Shown: piece after piece, positions 45,322 through 49,029 of the stretch
Layout: every line of letters begins with the position of its first letter
Position numbering within the stretch: position 1 is the first letter of the stretch
Source of the DNA: a virus
Taxonomy: Duplodnaviria > Caudoviricetes
Length of the DNA: 49,029 nt
Virus record (IMG/VR): IMGVR_UViG_3300022852_000007
Span: 1-49,029 of that record
Direction: 5' to 3' (one strand)
Translations under genes and position numbers: made by a program
Notes under the pieces: model-generated
The model's database searches: none
What the model was told of the DNA's origin: nothing
Seen by the model: only the letters and a program-made list of their open reading frames with translations

Positions 45322-46502
45322 CCGAACAAACTGAAGCCCCGGCCATCCAGTTCAACGCCGAACAGCTCAATGCCATTGCCGAAGCCGTGCACTGGTTCAA
45401 GGGCTGGCACATGAAGAAGCACCGCAAACAAGCATTCTTCCTGGCTGGCTTTGCAGGCACCGGCAAGACTACTGTTGCCCAAGAAATTGCGCGGCAAATC
45501 TCCGCATTCCTGGCGCGCTCGGTTGAAGCTACGGTGATTTTCATCGCGCCTACTGGCAAGGCCGCAAGCCGACTGCGCCAAAAGGGTTGTAAAGGCGCGC
45601 GAACCATGCACCAGGTGATCTACAACGTTCGCGGTGAAGACGAGGACGGCGAGCCGATCTTCATCGGCAAAGGTGTTCTGGATGAAATGCCGCGTCTGTT
45701 CATCCTGGATGAAGCATCTATGGTTGGAGAACACGACAATCGCCAGCTGCTAGGCCATGGCGTGCCTGTCCTGGCCCTGGGTGACTTCGGACAGGTGGAT
45801 CCTGTGCGCGACGCTGGTGTGTACGTTGAGGGTAAAGAGGATGTGCTTCTGCAGACCATCGAGCGTAACGCTGGCAACATCGTTCGCGCTTCCATGTTTG
45901 TGCGCAAGGGCAACCGTCTGCCACCGCGCGAGTACGATGACGTCAAGGTCTACAAGCGTTATCCGAAGATCGATGAACTTGTGCGACACTCTGGCGAAGA
46001 CGGTCAAATCATCTGCTGCTACAACAACACTCGCGAAGAAACCAATGCGCGTGTGCGTAAGGCCCTGGGCTACTCTGGACCGCTGCCGCAGGTTGGCGAA
46101 AAGGTAGTTTGTATGTTCAACCAGCACGGCTACAACTTCATGAACGGTGAGCAGGGCATCGTCATCGATTATGAAGAAATCCCTGAAGAAGACCGTGATG
46201 AGCAGGGCGAAGATGAAGGCAAAATGCTCATTCGTTTGAAGTCTTTGACCAATGGCAAAGAAATCTTGGTCAAGTTCAACCCTGCATCGTTTTCCGAAGA
46301 CGAAGACATCAGGAAGTCGGCCCAAAAGACCCCTGGCGGCTTTGACTTTGGCTATGCTCTGACCACCCACAAAGCACAGGGCAGCGAGTGGCCGTATGTT
46401 TTGGTCATTGAAGAGTTTCTGGGCAACTATGCAAAGATTGCATACACCCAGATTACTCGCGCCATCACCCACCTGACTTTCTGCCTCAACCCGAATCGGT
46501 AA
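45318..46502 (+). CDS. Dda/RecD-like SF1B DNA helicase
   Basis: GFAGTGKTT, APTGKAA, LDEASMV, GDFGQV, YALTTHKAQGSEW, YTQITRA. Confidence 0.92.
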   Translation: MTEQTEAPAIQFNAEQLNAIAEAVHWFKGWHMKKHRKQAFFLAGFAGTGKTTVAQEIARQISAFLARSVEATVIFIAPTGKAASRLRQKGCKGARTMHQVIYNVRGEDEDGEPIFIGKGVLDEMPRLFILDEASMVGEHDNRQLLGHGVPVLALGDFGQVDPVRDAGVYVEGKEDVLLQTIERNAGNIVRASMFVRKGNRLPPREYDDVKVYKRYPKIDELVRHSGEDGQIICCYNNTREETNARVRKALGYSGPLPQVGEKVVCMFNQHGYNFMNGEQGIVIDYEEIPEEDRDEQGEDEGKMLIRLKSLTNGKEILVKFNPASFSEDEDIRKSAQKTPGGFDFGYALTTHKAQGSEWPYVLVIEEFLGNYAKIAYTQITRAITHLTFCLNPNR

Positions 46503-46506
46503 TACA

Positions 46507-46872
46507 ATGGACCTCAAAGCAATTAAGCGCGATGAAGCGCTTGCAGAAGCATACAACGGAACTGATGGCGAAGTAATCGCCATTGATGAGGCAAGCAAAA
46601 TGAAAGATGACATCTATGTGGTATTCCGTGGCGGTCTATTCATCGGTTTCCAACGCGCAAAAAGCCCGAAGGATGCCAAGAAGAAGGCTTCCGTAGAGGC
46701 CGACCTGTCCAACTACAGCAGCGGCCATAATCGCCACAGCCGACGCGCCGCTGGCCACACCATGCGCGCCCGTAAGGTAACGCCGGAAGAGCTGCGCCTG
46801 GCGGGCTACAATGTGAATCTGGAGTCGCTGGACGTGCCTGGATCTGCCGCGCGAGTTGCCGGTGCCAACTAA
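46507..46872 (+). CDS. Hypothetical protein
   Basis: 121 aa; alternative start at MKDDIY. Confidence 0.6.
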   Translation: MDLKAIKRDEALAEAYNGTDGEVIAIDEASKMKDDIYVVFRGGLFIGFQRAKSPKDAKKKASVEADLSNYSSGHNRHSRRAAGHTMRARKVTPEELRLAGYNVNLESLDVPGSAARVAGAN

Positions 46873-46910
46873 GCTAGTTCACTGAAGTTGTCTGTGCCGA
46901 GTATCGGATT

Positions 46911-46985
46911 ATTCAGCCTATATGGTCATTTATGGGCTGAATCGCTTTACTTCACCCTGTGGTCGCGGAATAATACGCCCATAGG
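46911..46985 (+). promoter_or_regulatory. Terminator-like hairpin followed by promoter TTTACT-N17-AATAAT in hairpin
   Basis: ATTCAGCCTATA/TATGGGCTGAAT; CCTGTGG 46956-62 / CCATAGG 46979-85. Confidence 0.6.
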
Positions 46986-47030
46986 AAACGCAAATACCTG
47001 ACCAAACCCAACTCTACCGAGGCTTTCATC

Positions 47031-47852
47031 ATGGAACAAGCACAAGAGCAACAAACCGAACTGACCAAAGAGCAGAAAGAAGCTGCCAAGCAAGCTGAGC
47101 GTCAAGCTCGCGAAGAAAAGAAAGATGCTGAGCGCAAAGAACGCGAAGAAAAGCGTGAAGCTGAGCGTCTGGCCAAGGCCGAAGAGCGCAAGGCCAAGAA
47201 CGAAAAGCGTGAAGCCGACCGCGCCGAAAAGGCCGAAAAGGCCAAGGCTGAGCGTGAAGAAAAGGCTGAGCTGAAGCGCCTGGAAAACGAGCAGAAGAAA
47301 GAAGAGCGCGCCAAGCTGAAGCTGGAAGAAGCTGAGCGCAAAAAGGCTGAGCGCGAAGAGGCCAAGGCCCAACAGGCCAAGGACAAAGAAGAGCGCGAAG
47401 CGGCTTCCAAAGCCCAGAAGGCCGCTGATGCCCAGGCCAAGAAAGACCGTCGCGCTGCTGAAGCCGAAGAGCGTCGCCAGGCCATCGCTGACCGTCGTGC
47501 TGCCAAAGCCTCTGATGGCCGTCGCTCCAAGGCCGTTGGCATCATCTACACCGGCCAGGGCCTGTCGTCGCCTCAAGCGCTGTCGATTCGCGGCAAGGTG
47601 CTGCAGTACATCAAAGACAACTGCGTAGTCGGCGAAGTGTACGACATCGAAGCCCTGGGTGGCGAGATGGATCACCTGCTGTACGGCACCAGCCTGCGCA
47701 GCTACCTGTCCAAGCTGGAAGAGATGGGTCACCTGGACTTCACCTATGCAGACGACACCGCGCCTGCTGAAGACGGCCCAACCCCACAGCCTGAGCCGCT
47801 GGATCCAGAAGAAGGCGATGAGCCATCCGATGATGCTGAACACGACGCCTAA
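47031..47852 (+). CDS. Highly charged coiled-coil protein with C-terminal winged-helix-like domain
   Basis: ~160 aa E/K/A/R-rich helix, then RGKVLQYIK...LRSYLSKLEEMGHLDF and an acidic tail; strong codon bias. Confidence 0.75.
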   Translation: MEQAQEQQTELTKEQKEAAKQAERQAREEKKDAERKEREEKREAERLAKAEERKAKNEKREADRAEKAEKAKAEREEKAELKRLENEQKKEERAKLKLEEAERKKAEREEAKAQQAKDKEEREAASKAQKAADAQAKKDRRAAEAEERRQAIADRRAAKASDGRRSKAVGIIYTGQGLSSPQALSIRGKVLQYIKDNCVVGEVYDIEALGGEMDHLLYGTSLRSYLSKLEEMGHLDFTYADDTAPAEDGPTPQPEPLDPEEGDEPSDDAEHDA

Positions 47853-47868
47853 TTACTAGGTTGTTCAC

Positions 47869-47922
47869 TTGCCCGGCTAGGGTGCTGCGAGTTATAATCG
47901 CACCTTAGCCGGGCTTTCTTTT
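47869..47922 (+). promoter_or_regulatory. Promoter TTGCCC-N18-TATAAT superimposed on an intrinsic terminator
   Basis: GCCCGGCTAGGGTGC 47871-85 / GCACCTTAGCCGGGC 47900-14 then TTTCTTTT. Confidence 0.75.
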
Positions 47923-47947
47923 GCCCATAATTCACTCAGGGAATGCT

Positions 47948-48862
47948 ATGAACGATATCACCATCATTGGCGGTGGTCTGGCAGGTATGATGGCAGCTTG
48001 CCATTTCAAGAATGCCATTGTAAAGGAAGCGGGTCCACGCATTGAGCAACACAAAGCATTGTTGCGCTTTCGTGGTGAGGATGTTGCCAACCTCACCGGC
48101 GTCAAATTCAAGCCGGTGACAGTTCACAAAGAAATCAACGTTTGCGGGGAGTCGATCCACCGACCGACTATTGCCCTGGCCAACGCCTACAGCAAGAAGG
48201 TGGCAGGCCTGTATGCCGGGCGATCCATCTGGAACCTGGATACCGTTACGCGCTATATCGCGCCTGAGGACTTCTATGACAGGCTGGCTGATCGCCTGGA
48301 GCGTGAAAAACGAATCCTCTGGAGCGCAGGAATCACCGATATTGATGTTCATACGCGCGGCGTGAAGATCAACACCGCTCCACTTCCGGTGATCCTGAAG
48401 TTGTGCGGGTATGACCTTTCCCAGCTTGACTTCCAGCGATCCTCCATTGCCGTTGAGCGCTATCGGTTGCCGCGTGGAACTGACATCTATCAAACAATTT
48501 ACTTCCCAGGCGTAGAGACAAGCGTTTTCCGTGCCTCAATCACGGGAGATTTGCTGATTGTCGAATCGATGCATCGCGGCCCTGACATCCTGCAAGTGTG
48601 CAAAGCATTCGGCCTTCCAAGTGGTGAGTTGGAGTTCATCGGCGCTGTTGACCAGAAGTATGGCAAGATTGTCGATCTGGATCGCGGTGAGCGGGAAGGT
48701 TTGTTGTATGAGTTGACAGATGATTTCGGCATCTTTTCGCTGGGGCGCTTCGCGACATGGCGAAACATCCTGCTGGATGACGTCGTAAAAGACATTGGCG
48801 TCGTGGAGCGCTTGATAGAAGCGTCGTCCTACGGTCGTGGCCGCGTGCTGGCGAAGCGTTAA
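47948..48862 (+). CDS. FAD/NAD-binding protein
   Basis: ITIIGGGLAG Rossmann motif; INTAPL; C-terminal FSLGRFATW. Confidence 0.75.
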   Translation: MNDITIIGGGLAGMMAACHFKNAIVKEAGPRIEQHKALLRFRGEDVANLTGVKFKPVTVHKEINVCGESIHRPTIALANAYSKKVAGLYAGRSIWNLDTVTRYIAPEDFYDRLADRLEREKRILWSAGITDIDVHTRGVKINTAPLPVILKLCGYDLSQLDFQRSSIAVERYRLPRGTDIYQTIYFPGVETSVFRASITGDLLIVESMHRGPDILQVCKAFGLPSGELEFIGAVDQKYGKIVDLDRGEREGLLYELTDDFGIFSLGRFATWRNILLDDVVKDIGVVERLIEASSYGRGRVLAKR

Positions 48863-49029
48863 GGGGTGTTCTTTTATGGCTTATAATCGCAACGAGGCAC
48901 TTACCCTGGACAGGGCGTGCGGCCTTACGTTTACCCAGCTTGCGACCAAGTACAGAATTCACGCTTCTCGCGCTGAGCAGATATTCACTGCGACCATACG
49001 CCGAATGGGCCTGGATCGAACGGCCAGTC

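Noticed and set aside
1-49029. tRNA, rRNA, integrase, holin/endolysin, DNA polymerase
   Set aside because: None recognised by eye; lysis and polymerase genes probably lie outside the window. A tRNAscan-SE run would be needed to exclude tRNAs.

Overview
A ~49 kb slice of a lytic, contractile-tailed dsDNA phage. Gene order and recalled protein motifs point to a PB1/E217-like (Pbunavirus/Lindbergviridae-type) myovirus, probably infecting Pseudomonas (host and taxonomy are inference). 1-21.4 kb (- strand) is the virion module: tape measure with a lytic transglycosylase domain (runs off the left edge), baseplate/tube/sheath, neck, two receptor-binding/fibre genes inserted inside the neck cluster, major capsid, decoration protein, DUF2213 protease, MuF protein, and a portal with a C-terminal pyrophosphatase-like domain. 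21.5-36.9 kb is mostly small + strand early/accessory genes behind sigma70-like promoters, interrupted by terL (-). 37-44.9 kb (-) holds terS, a VirE-type helicase, a RepB-like primase and hypotheticals; 45-49 kb (+) holds a Dda-like helicase, a charged coiled-coil protein and a flavoprotein. No integrase, tRNA, rRNA or CRISPR array was seen. The strongest unexplained signals are non-coding: (1) many promoters sit inside a hairpin with the -10 box in the loop and G-U pairs on the transcribed strand, sometimes occluding the downstream RBS; (2) two homologous ~200-300 bp palindromic CCGCAAC-repeat/AT-core elements 20 kb apart, one next to a strongly G-depleted tract; (3) terL apparently starts at ATT. 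All family assignments come from motif recognition by eye, not database searches.
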